Part shown: positions 56,574 to 64,000 of the stretch, piece after piece
Layout of the letters: every line of letters begins with the position of its first letter
Position numbering within the stretch: the first letter of the stretch is position 1
Source: a virus
IMG/VR virus record: IMGVR_UViG_3300010413_000017
Span: 1 to 64,000 of that record
Length of the DNA: 64,000 nt
Reading direction: 5' to 3' (one strand)
Program-made: the position numbers and the translations under genes
The notes under the pieces: generated by a model
What the model saw: only the letters and a program-made list of their open reading frames with translations
Database searches by the model: none
What the model was told of the DNA's origin: nothing

Positions 56574-57122
56574 TCATGCTGTCTCCTTTCTTTTTTCAAT
56601 CTGCACAACTTCAATTCCTGCCTGTTCGAGAAGCCACATCGCCATGTTATCATAAGCAGGTCCAGAATAGCAAATGATTTTTGCGATGCCTGCATTGATA
56701 ATTTCTTTTGCACATTCAAAGCAGGGTAAAGGACAACTACATACCAAAAAACATCCTTTTGTCTTGATGCCCTCTCTAGCTGAGTTTATCAACGCATTCC
56801 TTTCGGCGTGACCAGCTGTACACAGATGAGTTCCTTCCCCGCTTTTAAATCCTACTATATATCTTGGACATGTTGTACCGAAACCGTTCTCTTTGAGAAA
56901 ATCACCAATGTTCCCAAAGAAACTCTTTTCAAGTTGCCCAACCAACCAGCTAAATCTTTCTTCCGAATCACAATGTGCTACTCTTCTGGGCGGGCCGTTA
57001 TAGCCTGTACCAACAATAGTTCCGTCGGGTGTAATTATGACGGCCCCGATTTTGCGCGAGAGACATTTCGACTTGTAAGCTACCCGTTCGGCTATGGCTA
57101 GCCAGTATTCATACTGATTCAT
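56574..57122 (-). CDS. dCMP deaminase
   Basis: S.C..R.IGAVI, GYNG, HAERNA and PC.EC motifs; start at MNQYEY (57122). Confidence 0.9.
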   Translation of the reverse strand: MNQYEYWLAIAERVAYKSKCLSRKIGAVIITPDGTIVGTGYNGPPRRVAHCDSEERFSWLVGQLEKSFFGNIGDFLKENGFGTTCPRYIVGFKSGEGTHLCTAGHAERNALINSAREGIKTKGCFLVCSCPLPCFECAKEIINAGIAKIICYSGPAYDNMAMWLLEQAGIEVVQIEKRKETA

Positions 57123-58065
57123 CCAATATCTCACGAATAACACCGAGTAAATCGGAAATCTCAGGAGCAATCGCACCAAAGTCGTAGTCCACTTGACTTG
57201 CTTTATGTTGTTGCGGGAGTCCATAACGCATCTGAAACTGAGCGGCGAGGACTGAAATGATGTGATGGTCTAATTCTCGCTTCATCACCTGTATGTCAGG
57301 CTTTTCCATAAACTCAACTAGACGCGTTAACATATTGTTGTACGAAACATGCCAGTCTGGAGTATTAATCAAATCGAAGAGTTGAGTTTTGTCGAACGAG
57401 AAAACCCTATCAGGATTGTCTTGGTAAAACATAAATGAGATAACACCAGCCAGATATTTGACCTTGCCCAAAAGAGCTGTCGTGCACTCTTGTACAAGTT
57501 CTCCACCTAGGTAGCGGGTAGGAATTCGCATACACGGTTTATAACGCTCAATCCAAGCGTCTTTCCTGTGCAAATAACTCGCGAGTGCTATTCCTGTGCG
57601 CAGATAGTCTTGTAGACGATCTAACTGTGAGAATGAATCGTCCCAGTTGTAGCCATAGCGTACACCCAGTAGTTTAGGAACGTTGTTATGCAGAGCAAAG
57701 TTAACTCTGTGTCCGTGACACGCAACATAGTCTGGGTTGTTCTCCAAGAACTCTGCGCATTGTTTTAGCCCGTCACCAATGTGGAAATCATCGTCCCCTG
57801 AGAAAGCGACATACTTAACTGAGTCGTGAAGGTATTCGTTGACTTGGGCCACGGCCCCGCCGTCGTGCGGGGCCATTACCCAATGGTAGCTGATAAACAG
57901 AGAACCTCCGTATTCATCAACAACCGCTTTGTTGTTAGTGGCCTCTTCGTCGTCAGACGAATCGGCTATATATACAACACCGTCGAAATCGGTGCGTGCG
58001 TAAAACGACAATGCACGGCGTAAGTACCGACTTCGATTCAGTGTAGGGATGACGATGGCAATCAC
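57109..58065 (-). CDS. GT-A (TIGR04440-type) glycosyltransferase, copy 3
   Basis: IVIPTLNR, IADSS, FSGDDDF and FLENNPDYVACHG motifs. Confidence 0.82.
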   Translation of the reverse strand: MIAIVIPTLNRSRYLRRALSFYARTDFDGVVYIADSSDDEEATNNKAVVDEYGGSLFISYHWVMAPHDGGAVAQVNEYLHDSVKYVAFSGDDDFHIGDGLKQCAEFLENNPDYVACHGHRVNFALHNNVPKLLGVRYGYNWDDSFSQLDRLQDYLRTGIALASYLHRKDAWIERYKPCMRIPTRYLGGELVQECTTALLGKVKYLAGVISFMFYQDNPDRVFSFDKTQLFDLINTPDWHVSYNNMLTRLVEFMEKPDIQVMKRELDHHIISVLAAQFQMRYGLPQQHKASQVDYDFGAIAPEISDLLGVIREILDESV

Positions 58066-58425
58066 TTACTTCCTCCTGTTTCTGAGTCTGTTCAAGTACA
58101 CGTACATGTCACAGTCATGAACAGATTCTTTCCTGTCATTCCGTTGAATACGAAAGGTGCCACCAAGGACATTGATATCAACTTCGATATGTCCATGTCT
58201 GTCTGTATAAAGACGCGCAACCGGCCGTCCAGAAGACGCTTGTGCAAGCTCCTGTCTAAGCCTGCTGAGTAAGCTGTCGCCTCCGCATGAACATACGTCA
58301 CCCCTATACATGCTGGACGGTCTGTCTTCGTCAAACGACCTTGTAAACGCAGTCCCACAGCTTCTACAGAAGTTGTCGTCAGAACTTACTTCCCATCCAC
58401 AGTCAGTACAAATCATGTCGTCCAT
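58066..58425 (-). CDS. Zn-ribbon hypothetical protein
   Basis: CTDCG...NFCRSCG. Confidence 0.6.
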   Translation of the reverse strand: MDDMICTDCGWEVSSDDNFCRSCGTAFTRSFDEDRPSSMYRGDVCSCGGDSLLSRLRQELAQASSGRPVARLYTDRHGHIEVDINVLGGTFRIQRNDRKESVHDCDMYVYLNRLRNRRK

Positions 58426-58556
58426 AACTTTCTCCTTTTTTATGTTAGCAGTTCTGGTCTTCCGGTTATAATTTATTGTTTCGTTTCCCCTTGTTGTAGT
58501 GTTTAATGAATAAACGAAGGAGTTCGTGGGTATCTGTAATCGAGCCTCCTCCTTGT

Positions 58557-59630
58557 TTATCGTTTGGTGAACCTGCTTTTGCGTTTTGGTACTACAGCGG
58601 CCTCCACTTCTAGCCAGTCCTTCTCGGCAAGCGTTTTGAGTTCTGCTAAGTCTTCGGGAGAGTCCTCAAGGAATGAAATGAATGACTGGCGTTTAAACGT
58701 CTTGTCGCCCCACTTAATCTCTTTGTCCCCATACATATAGTCAATGAGGGAATTAATATCGTCTATGCCGTAGTCGAACAAAATGGAAAACTCGGCCATA
58801 CGAAACGGTTTTGCTACTTTGTTGCGTTTGAAATTAGCCTTGACTGTCACCCCATATGTGCGTTTCTGTCCACGAAACGTTTTATCCAGCTTGCCGGTGT
58901 GGGCTAACCAGCATACTTGGTGTGTATAAAAATCGAGGGCTTTGCCGCCAGTTCTATAGTGCTTCTCACCAAACATCTGCCCAATCTTTTCTCGTACTTG
59001 AGAAATACAAATAAGTGTGGAATCCTTGCCTTGCATACTTTTACACAGATGATTGAAAAAACCTGAGCTAAAAAACTTAGCCTTCTCTGCGCCCATAGAA
59101 CCGGGGGCTTTCTGTTCGTCAAGTATTTTTTGCATTCTGTCAGCCGCCGCGTCTGGCACAAGTGCGTCGACTGAATCTATAACATAAATCAGACACTGCC
59201 CGGGTGTGAGAGCGTTAACGCGCCTAAGATAATCTGTCCCGAAATCCTCCGCGATGGGTGTCTGAATCCATGTGACAGCGCTAACGAAGTCATCTCCATA
59301 CATGTCTTCGATGGGGAAGTCCATGACTCCTTCAACGTTGTTGTAAACGATGAAAAGCTCTTTTATGGGCGGATAGAGGGCAGAGGGTTTCGCTTTTAAG
59401 TTGTAAAAAGCGTGGGCGCAAGCCTCCAAGGAGAGGAGCGTTTTCCCGCTTGAGCCGTCTCCGACAATGTTAACAATCCTACCTCTGGCCCAACCTCCAC
59501 TTAGACCTCTTTGGGAGGCGGCGAGGTTGAGCAGGGTCGAGCCCGTATCAATGAACTCGACCCTTTCACCCCGCTCCACTGGCTTCCGTGCCAGCTTCTC
59601 TGTTTCCTCGACGATTGCTGATTTAGCCAT
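58557..59630 (-). CDS. RecA/UvsX-like recombinase
   Basis: IDTGS..L, GG..RGRI, Walker A GDGSSGKT, IDSV, ISQVR.KIG, TGGKAL.FY and KNKVAKPF-like motifs. Confidence 0.92.
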   Translation of the reverse strand: MAKSAIVEETEKLARKPVERGERVEFIDTGSTLLNLAASQRGLSGGWARGRIVNIVGDGSSGKTLLSLEACAHAFYNLKAKPSALYPPIKELFIVYNNVEGVMDFPIEDMYGDDFVSAVTWIQTPIAEDFGTDYLRRVNALTPGQCLIYVIDSVDALVPDAAADRMQKILDEQKAPGSMGAEKAKFFSSGFFNHLCKSMQGKDSTLICISQVREKIGQMFGEKHYRTGGKALDFYTHQVCWLAHTGKLDKTFRGQKRTYGVTVKANFKRNKVAKPFRMAEFSILFDYGIDDINSLIDYMYGDKEIKWGDKTFKRQSFISFLEDSPEDLAELKTLAEKDWLEVEAAVVPKRKSRFTKR

Positions 59631-60622
59631 TATCTACGCCGTCTCGGAGTTGGACGGGGAGCCTCTTCCTCTTCATACTCCTCATCAGGTTGTACCTCTT
59701 CTCTTTCGGCTTCTTCTTCTGCGTACTCTGACTGCCAAAGTTCATGGCAAGGATTGTAGAGTTCGCATCCGGACAAGCACTCTTCATACGCCTCAAACGA
59801 TTCTCCAAAGACCCCACCATGAGGACAGGTAGGAGAACTCTTTTTGAAGCTTCTGGGAGTCCCCGGCACAGTTTCAGCCGCCATATCCTCAACTTCCAGA
59901 CCAGCCCAGAACGCCTTTTTGACCTGCTCATAGGTCGGAATGTCGAGCAGTTCATCTAAGGTCGGAACGTTGTCGATGATTGAGTCAGGAATATCATCTT
60001 CACGCTCTGAGAACTGAAAGCCAGTCCACTGTTGCTGAGTTTTACTGCCTTTGATTTGGAAGGCGATGGAGCGTCCCTCTTCGGCAGTCGGGTCAGCAAA
60101 GGCGACAACCCCGCCAGTCCGAGGCTTTTTGCAGATGTTCATGACGTTATTCTGGAAGAACCAATGAGCCACAGTCCAGATTTGAATGCCTTTAGACTCG
60201 TTGTCTCTGTCCAGAATGGCGTAGACTGAATACCGCTTCGGACGTGCACTATCAATCTGGCCTTTAACATCGTCAGAGGGATTGTCTACCCGCCTTAACT
60301 TCTCGCGGTATTCGCAGATAGGACAGTTCTTGTTGTATGTCCTAAAGAGGCAGATGAAATCGTCCTCATTAGGTCCGATAAACCTATGGACATAGAGGTC
60401 GACAAGGTAAGTGGGTTCTCCCTCGTTCTTCACAGGGTCATTTGGGCCTGCGAAGTAGGGGAGGACATCAACAAGATGTTCGCCAATATCCGGGTTGAAG
60501 ATTGACAAGCTACCTAACTTGTTTCTGTCCAGAATCCCCCTTCGCCTGTCTTCTCGGGTGTCATAGGTTTCCTGCGTGCGTTGGCGTAAGCCCGCACTAA
60601 GTGCTTTTCTGCGATCTTTCAA
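59630..60622 (-). CDS. Single-stranded DNA-binding protein (gp32-like)
   Basis: H...C...CPICE Zn site, DP..EGR motif, acidic tail; adjacent to the RecA-like gene. Confidence 0.75.
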   Translation of the reverse strand: MKDRRKALSAGLRQRTQETYDTREDRRRGILDRNKLGSLSIFNPDIGEHLVDVLPYFAGPNDPVKNEGEPTYLVDLYVHRFIGPNEDDFICLFRTYNKNCPICEYREKLRRVDNPSDDVKGQIDSARPKRYSVYAILDRDNESKGIQIWTVAHWFFQNNVMNICKKPRTGGVVAFADPTAEEGRSIAFQIKGSKTQQQWTGFQFSEREDDIPDSIIDNVPTLDELLDIPTYEQVKKAFWAGLEVEDMAAETVPGTPRSFKKSSPTCPHGGVFGESFEAYEECLSGCELYNPCHELWQSEYAEEEAEREEVQPDEEYEEEEAPRPTPRRRR

Positions 60623-60660
60623 ACGGTTTTCTCCTGTATTAAATTTGTGTAGTTAGGGTG

Positions 60661-61152
60661 TTACTGCGCCGGAACAGCTGAACGGCTAGGACGCTTTTCT
60701 CCAAGCGCCTCCTTGAGTTTCTTACTGACCTGTTCCTGAACAAGGTCAGCACCAACAGTGCTACGCGGCTCGGAGAAGTAGCTGGTCAGGTGCAAATCAA
60801 CCAGCTTTTCCAAGCCCTTGCGCTTGTGTTCCAAAGCCCGAACGACGGCTCGGAGCATATTCAGCTCGTATTTAGCGAGGATGATTTCCTCTTCCAGTTC
60901 TTGGAATTCGGGCTGTCTGGCGATGAAGTTTTTGAGGACAGCTTCTGTGACACGTTCTGTTGCAGTTTCTCTGAGTTGTTGGTCGAGCTGAGCGATTAAG
61001 ACATCTTTCCTGAGTTCCAAGCGTGAGACTACACGCTCGGCTTCGACTGCCTGCTCGCTATAGCTCAACACGTTGCTAGGATGTTTTACCCATTCGTCGT
61101 CGAGGGCAAATTTGTCAATGCTGACATCTGCCTCTACCTGAGATTTGTCCAT
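60661..61152 (-). CDS. UvsY-like recombination mediator
   Basis: Helical; 'ID...LD.E', 'TEA', 'ALEHKRK.LE.L..L....YF' motifs; next to SSB and RecA. Confidence 0.65.
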   Translation of the reverse strand: MDKSQVEADVSIDKFALDDEWVKHPSNVLSYSEQAVEAERVVSRLELRKDVLIAQLDQQLRETATERVTEAVLKNFIARQPEFQELEEEIILAKYELNMLRAVVRALEHKRKGLEKLVDLHLTSYFSEPRSTVGADLVQEQVSKKLKEALGEKRPSRSAVPAQ

Positions 61153-61168
61153 AATTCCTCCTTACTTT

Positions 61169-61196
61169 ATTATAGCCTGTACCGGCTATTTTGGAA
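61169..61196 (-). promoter_or_regulatory. Sigma70-like promoter for the uvsY-ssb-recA block
   Basis: TTCCAA-16 nt-TATAAT, followed by AAGGAGG RBS and ATG at 61152. Confidence 0.45.
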
Positions 61197-61207
61197 GTTA
61201 AAAGTGT

Positions 61208-61463
61208 GAGTGCGCTCAGCTTCTTTGGGTTCCTTATTGTTTTTGGCTCGCTTTTGGTGTTTGGTGTCCTTGGACAAGATAGCTCGCTTGCCACTTTTGG
61301 GTTTCTTAGAGTCAATGGCTCGCTTTCCTCTGATGGGTTTCTTATTATAACTGGCTCGCTTGCCACTTTTGGGTTTCTTAACCTATAGGACTCGCTTCTG
61401 GTTAATGGGTTTCTTTATGCAGGTGGCTCGCTTATATCTGATGGGTGCCTTGGGCGTGTTGAC
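61208..61463 (-). ncRNA. TIGR-like array, downstream part (~7 units of 36 nt)
   Basis: Alternating AAGCGAGCCA / AAGAAACCCA repeats (- strand) separated by 8-nt variable segments; strict 18/36-nt period. Confidence 0.88.
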
Positions 61464-62492
61464 TTAAGCCACATCGTCAGGTGAAACAGACTCTCGTCCG
61501 GCCTCTACAGGAACCGGTGTAGCGTCATAAACCCAGCCACGTTCCTCTGGCATAATCGTTCTGTGCGGCCCGTCTAGAACTGCCTCTGCGTATAGAGGTG
61601 AAGTAGGTAATCCCAAAAGTGTTCTGCCTACATACCAATAGTCCGCAAGGAAGTGCTTCATAATGACACGCAGTGCGGCCATGTGCCTGTGATTAGGAAC
61701 GGTCTCTTTCCATGGTTTCTCGACAAGCCTGTGCCGACCGTTATGTAAGCCAAATGTCTTAACAAGTTTCTCAGAGTTATCCAACTTGGAGCGCGTTTTG
61801 TCGTACAGATAACCATACGCGCTACCTTTGTTCCTCTGTTTCATCTGTGAGTTAGCCATAGTGAAGAGAGCAGTCCGAAGAGACCTGTTACCACCACTAG
61901 GTTCCCCCGGAGTATAGCGGGCGTGGGCGGGAGTGTGCAGTCCAGTGTACCTCCACAGACTGGAGGCGTGCTTCGCCTTTGCCAGATCTATGTAGACAAG
62001 GCAGTAAGCTATGGTCACAAAGCCAACAGAATGTACTCCCAATGCGGCTTGCACCAACGGGTTCGTTTGGGCAATCTCGTTAACCGTTTTTTTGAGTGCG
62101 TGCGTACGCTTGCTCAACAGAGACGTTAATTGGTCGAGTTGTATAGACAGAAACTCGGCTGTTTCTGGGTTAAGAGTATCTGTACGCCTTCGATACGCGC
62201 GTAACTGATTGCCGATTTTGGTGTGGAGTTTCAAGACTTGGTTCCTGTCATCCACTTGGGCTTTGAGACGTTCAAACAGTTCAGGACGCTCCCGAAAGAT
62301 GCCATGGTGCCGCATGTGAGTGATGGGGTCTACCACGCATGTGTTATCGGGAGTATACCTTCCACCTTTGCTTTTGGGTTTCAGCCTGTGTGTGTCGAAG
62401 CTTTCAGTAGGTTCACCTAGTGGTTGTCCAGTAAATGCGTCAACTCCAAGTTGTTTCTCCTTAGTCGTACGTTTCAGTTCTTCTTTTGCCAC
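61464..62492 (-). CDS. tasH: TasH-like RNA-guided nuclease (HNH + coiled coil + Nop/IS110-like domain)
   Basis: N-terminal HNH (DTHRLKPKSKGG.YTPDN...THMRHH), coiled coil, GVHSVG...IDL.KA...SSLWRYTGL, GGN..LRT.L and HRH.AALR...K.FL.D motifs; no DEDD RuvC domain; flanked by dual-repeat arrays. Confidence 0.82.
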   Translation of the reverse strand: MAKEELKRTTKEKQLGVDAFTGQPLGEPTESFDTHRLKPKSKGGRYTPDNTCVVDPITHMRHHGIFRERPELFERLKAQVDDRNQVLKLHTKIGNQLRAYRRRTDTLNPETAEFLSIQLDQLTSLLSKRTHALKKTVNEIAQTNPLVQAALGVHSVGFVTIAYCLVYIDLAKAKHASSLWRYTGLHTPAHARYTPGEPSGGNRSLRTALFTMANSQMKQRNKGSAYGYLYDKTRSKLDNSEKLVKTFGLHNGRHRLVEKPWKETVPNHRHMAALRVIMKHFLADYWYVGRTLLGLPTSPLYAEAVLDGPHRTIMPEERGWVYDATPVPVEAGRESVSPDDVA

Positions 62493-62509
62493 GCTGTGCT
62501 CTCCTTTTG

Positions 62510-62663
62510 AGATTCGTTACTAAACGCTGGGTTTCTTCAAACTGATGGCTCGCTTAAGGTTTTTGGGTTTCTTGAGTATGCTGACTCGCTTTCCAATGTT
62601 GGGTTTCTTAGATGATGTGGCTCACTTGGTATTTATGGGTTTCTTTCAGGGCTTGGCTCTTAC
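62510..62663 (-). ncRNA. TIGR-like array, upstream part (~4 units of 36 nt)
   Basis: Same alternating repeats; TGGGTTTCTT at 62528, 62564, 62600 and 62636 on the + strand. Confidence 0.88.
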
Positions 62664-62668
62664 CTAGT

Positions 62669-64000
62669 TTATAGCCCGTTGGGGGCGTACTTCCCATCTA
62701 AAAACTCAGTATAGGGAACCTTTTTCTTAGTTGACCAAGGAGCGTCGATATCACACAACTCGAACTCAACTTCGAGTGGCACGTTACACCAAGAATGTAC
62801 TTGCAACGCCCTTTCAGACATAATCCAGTTCGCCATAGTCACAACTCGATGAAGTTCCTCTGGCTGAACACTCAGCAAAATACAATCGTGAATCTGGCCG
62901 AGGATAACTGAACTTAGCCTGTCTTTTTTTAGAAACTTGCTGAGTTCTATCAGGCTCCACAGTAAGATATGAAAAGCTGTTCCCTGAATTGGAGTGTTCA
63001 AAATCTCATTCCTAGCCAAGTAGCCTTGGCGTCTGAACCCATATTTGAGGGGTACACGACCGGTCTTATAATAGCGTGCTACCCATTTTTCTTTCCATTT
63101 GGCGTAGGTAGAGAACTGTTTCCAGAACCTGTTCTCTTCTGCTTGAATGTGCTCTGTGAAAACATCCAAAGAAGTAAGCTTCTGGTTCATTAAATGTTCT
63201 CGTAAAGAAGAGCCGTCGGCAAGGAGTAGTTGCTCTCCGTCTTTCCAGAGTTTCTCAGCACAAGGTCTGTACCACGAGCCGTATAACTGAGCAAAAACAA
63301 ACGCTCCTTTAACAAGATTGCGTACAGCTTTTGTAATCTGGTCTCGGGGTAATAGGTATACTCGTTCGGTCTGGTCCCTGTGCATATCTGACGTGGGGTC
63401 TTTACAGTAACGAATAAGTTCAGGGTCTTGGGTGAACGTTGCCGCAATCCGGACTTCGTGCATTCCAAAGTCTATTTCAAGAAGTTGTTGGCCGTGATGA
63501 GGAAACATACCGCTTCGCACAAGCTGAGTCATACGCTCGTCGCGAGCTGGAATGTTTTGTAAATTAGGACGGCTCGATGAACCTCGATATGTTCTTACTC
63601 TGTGAAGATGGAAAAAGGGATGTAAAGTCTCCTTATAGATTTCACGGATAATCCCTTTTATATAGGTAGATTCAGTTTTAGTTGCACTACGGAGTCGAGT
63701 TACATCAATCAAGAAAGAGCGTAGACTCTGTTGTGGAAGAGTCCGAGAGAACTCCTCAATGTCCTCTTTGTCTAAGGTGGGATTTCCCTTCGCTGACTTC
63801 TTCCTAGGTTCGATCCCAACATAGTCAAAGAGAAGAGTTTTGAGTTGTGGAGCAGACCCGGGGTTAAGTGGAACGCCTGTCTTCTTTTCCCATAACCGAG
63901 CGTAGTGAGAGTCCATGACTCTCGCTTTTGCGGCCTTGCTCTCCTCTGAGATAGTGGTAAACGCTTCTTGGAATACCTCAGAGGAAGCTCTAAAGCCTGT
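62669..64000 (-). CDS. polA: Family A DNA polymerase (5' truncated)
   Basis: SSSRPNLQNIP, motif A (DFGMHEVR), motif B (R...K..FVFAQLYG), NTPIQGTA and QIHD; frame is open to the window end. Confidence 0.92.
   Translation of the reverse strand, partial: TGFRASSEVFQEAFTTISEESKAAKARVMDSHYARLWEKKTGVPLNPGSAPQLKTLLFDYVGIEPRKKSAKGNPTLDKEDIEEFSRTLPQQSLRSFLIDVTRLRSATKTESTYIKGIIREIYKETLHPFFHLHRVRTYRGSSSRPNLQNIPARDERMTQLVRSGMFPHHGQQLLEIDFGMHEVRIAATFTQDPELIRYCKDPTSDMHRDQTERVYLLPRDQITKAVRNLVKGAFVFAQLYGSWYRPCAEKLWKDGEQLLLADGSSLREHLMNQKLTSLDVFTEHIQAEENRFWKQFSTYAKWKEKWVARYYKTGRVPLKYGFRRQGYLARNEILNTPIQGTAFHILLWSLIELSKFLKKDRLSSVILGQIHDCILLSVQPEELHRVVTMANWIMSERALQVHSWCNVPLEVEFELCDIDAPWSTKKKVPYTEFLDGKYAPNGL

Noticed and set aside
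58440-58556. Possible ATT-initiated 33-codon ORF after a strong AGGAGGAGG
   Set aside because: No standard start codon and no recognisable motif; cannot be supported from sequence alone
61115-61388. ORFs 61115-61366 (-) and 61191-61388 (+)
   Set aside because: They are 12-aa-periodic translations of the 36-nt array
61464-62492. IS110-family transposase
   Set aside because: It has no N-terminal DEDD RuvC domain; an HNH domain takes its place, and the flanks are periodic dual-repeat arrays
61208-62663. CRISPR array
   Set aside because: Two alternating 10-nt repeats with 8-9-nt spacers and no cas genes do not fit CRISPR geometry

Overview
This is a 64-kb internal segment of a large siphovirus-like tailed phage genome; both terminal genes run off the window. 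Bases 1-27.2 kb (+ strand) hold the virion module: two HxH-repeat fibre proteins, head-tail joining genes, tail tube, chaperones, tape measure, a tail tip with several tandem paralogue pairs, a gpJ-like protein and three Gly-rich adhesins. Bases 27.3-64 kb (- strand) hold metabolic and replication genes. These include a large sugar-nucleotide/glycosylation set, a split SbcCD, ThyA, dCMP deaminase, class II RNR, RecA/SSB/UvsY-like genes and PolA. Three highlights: (1) an HNH + Nop-like gene (61464-62492) flanked on both sides by 36-nt dual-repeat arrays, matching a TIGR-TasH RNA-guided locus; (2) a complete tRNA-Thr(UGU) with CCA embedded on the same strand and read through in frame inside nrdJ; (3) a phage-borne pathway for an unusual sugar with four glycosyltransferases. 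All calls come from motif recognition by eye; no database searches were run.
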